From Candidatus Dormiibacterota bacterium (GTDB lineage: Bacteria > Chloroflexota > Dormibacteria > Aeolococcales > Aeolococcaceae): a stretch of 64,000 nucleotides of DNA. This document shows, in pieces, positions 62,553 through 64,000 of the stretch (positions are counted from its first letter, which is position 1; the number at the start of each line of letters is the position of its first letter). The DNA is taken from contig CAVPXI010000007.1 in assembly GCA_963709585.1 (NCBI GenBank), forward strand, positions 288,001-352,000. Reading direction: 5' to 3'. Under the pieces are notes generated by a model that was given only the letters and a program-made list of their open reading frames with translations, was not told the DNA's origin and did no database searches. The position numbers were made by a program, and so were the translations under genes.

Positions 62553-63446
62553 ATGAGCCATCCCATCGCCGAGTACCGTGTCGATACGCCTCGATTGGCG
62601 CTCTCGGTGCGAGATCACGCCGGCGGCGAGCCTGCCCTGCTCGCGCTCCACGGGCTGGCGAGCAACGCGCGCTGGTGGGACCTGGTCGCGGACCGACTCG
62701 TCCCCGCCCACCGGGTGATCGCGGTCGACCTTCCCGGTCACGGGCAGAGCGACCGCCCCGACGGCGGGTACGACTTCGACACCGTGTCCCACGATCTCGA
62801 GGGGCTGCTGGCGGCGCTCCGCCATCCCGAGCCGCTGGTGGTGGTCGGGCACAGCTGGGGCGCCACCGTCGCGCTCTCCTTCGCGGCGGCGTATCCGGAC
62901 CTGGCGCTCGGTGTGGTCTGCATCGATGGCGGCGCCGGCGACCTCAAAGCGTACTTCGGGCCGAGCTGGGAGATGGCCGAGCAGACCATGCGTCCGCCGG
63001 CGCTGTCGGGGATCACCCCGGCGATGCTCCGCGCCTGGATGGACTCGTCGCCGCTTCGCGACGGGTCGGACCCGGACACCGCCGCGGCGATCCTTTGCGG
63101 CAACTTCGAGGACGACGGCACCGGCGCGGGCACCCTCCGCCCGAGGCTGTCCCTCGAGCACCACATGCAGATCGCCCACCACCTCTTCGACGCCAACGGG
63201 TACGAGTTGATGGCCAGGGTGCGCTGCCCGATGCTCTTCATCCCGGCGGGCCATCCCGACCACGAGGACTCGCCGAAGGTGCGCTCGATCGCTCGAGCGC
63301 GCGAAGTGGTGGGTGATCGCGCTCACTTCGTGTGGATCGACGGGGTGCACGACCTGCCGGTGCAGCGTCCCGTCGAAGTCGCTGCGGCGATCGCTGCGTT
63401 CGTCGACGAGCTGGCGGCTCAGCCGAGCAGCACGTCCCAGAAGTAG
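62553..63446 (+). CDS. Alpha/beta fold hydrolase
   Basis: LHGL, DLPGHGQSD, GHSWG nucleophile elbow, C-terminal His (GVHD). Confidence 0.92.
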   Translation: MSHPIAEYRVDTPRLALSVRDHAGGEPALLALHGLASNARWWDLVADRLVPAHRVIAVDLPGHGQSDRPDGGYDFDTVSHDLEGLLAALRHPEPLVVVGHSWGATVALSFAAAYPDLALGVVCIDGGAGDLKAYFGPSWEMAEQTMRPPALSGITPAMLRAWMDSSPLRDGSDPDTAAAILCGNFEDDGTGAGTLRPRLSLEHHMQIAHHLFDANGYELMARVRCPMLFIPAGHPDHEDSPKVRSIARAREVVGDRAHFVWIDGVHDLPVQRPVEVAAAIAAFVDELAAQPSSTSQK

Positions 63447-64000
63447 CGCTCGCTCCGGGGCACGCCCTGGTCGACGTGGATGTGCTTCACCTCGGTGTAC
63501 TCGAGCAGCCCCGCGCGGCCGTGCTCGCGACCGATGCCGCTCTGCTTGTAGCCTCCGAACGGCGCCAGCGGATTGAGCAGGTGCCAGTCGTTGATCCAGA
63601 CGGTCCCGGTGCGCAGTTGTTTGGCGATCTCGATCGCGCCTCGCGTATCCCGCGACCACACCCCGCCCGCCAGGCCGTAGATCGTCCGGTTGGCGCGCTG
63701 GATCACCTCGCCGAGATCGCTCCAGCGCTGCACCGCGAGCACCGGTCCGAAGATCTCCTCGGTGCCGGCGTGCGAATCCGGCGAGACGTTGGTGAGAACG
63801 GTCGGCTGGAGGAAGAAGCCGCGCTCGCTGACGTTGGGCGCCCGTCCGCCACCGCACGCGACGGTCGCGCCCTCCTGCTTTGCCCGCTCAATGGCGGACA
63901 GGATCATGTCGTACTGCGCCTGGCTGATCACCGGGCCGACCTGGGTGTCGAAGTCGGCCGCGTCGCCGACTTGCAGCGACGCCGCACCGTCGACGAGGCG
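63419..64000 (-). CDS. Aldehyde dehydrogenase (C-terminal part; runs off window)
   Basis: EEIFGPV, YGLAGGVWS, GTVWIN, PFGGYKQSGIGRE. Confidence 0.93.
   Translation of the reverse strand, partial: RLVDGAASLQVGDAADFDTQVGPVISQAQYDMILSAIERAKQEGATVACGGGRAPNVSERGFFLQPTVLTNVSPDSHAGTEEIFGPVLAVQRWSDLGEVIQRANRTIYGLAGGVWSRDTRGAIEIAKQLRTGTVWINDWHLLNPLAPFGGYKQSGIGREHGRAGLLEYTEVKHIHVDQGVPRSERYFWDVLLG

Overview
GC-rich bacterial window; the gene types suggest a soil Terrabacteria lineage such as Dormibacterota/Chloroflexota/Actinomycetota (inference). The right end (59.0-64.0 kb) is housekeeping-like: PaaI thioesterase, holin-X/DUF3618-like pair, otsA, alpha/beta hydrolase, aldehyde dehydrogenase. It is bounded by tRNA-Gln(CTG), whose 3' end abuts a tyrosine integrase, an Xre regulator and an RHH gene with phased repeats, i.e. 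an integrative element. The cargo to the left (about 25.4-55.8 kb) looks like a defence island. It holds an unclassified UG/Abi-like reverse transcriptase (YSDD) next to a YaaC-family gene; a BrnT / RHH-RHH-Panacea / TGT-like operon; a SNF2-DUF3883 + DUF1156 methylase + PD-(D/E)XK nuclease + DUF499 ATPase cluster; an AdnAB-like helicase-nuclease pair; a small ART-like gene; and a promoter-equipped non-canonical tRNA (Leu-like body, Gly anticodon) divergent from a catalytically truncated integrase-like protein. Further left are a 13-kb sugar catabolism/ABC cluster, a histone-like KTTAR-repeat gene, a tRNA-Pro 3'-half remnant, and sensor/secreted-protein genes. Five apparent frameshifts share one context, GA(A)CTCG, which suggests systematic base-calling errors at a modified motif rather than real pseudogenes. 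No CRISPR array or rRNA was seen. All calls come from reading motifs by eye; no database searches were run.
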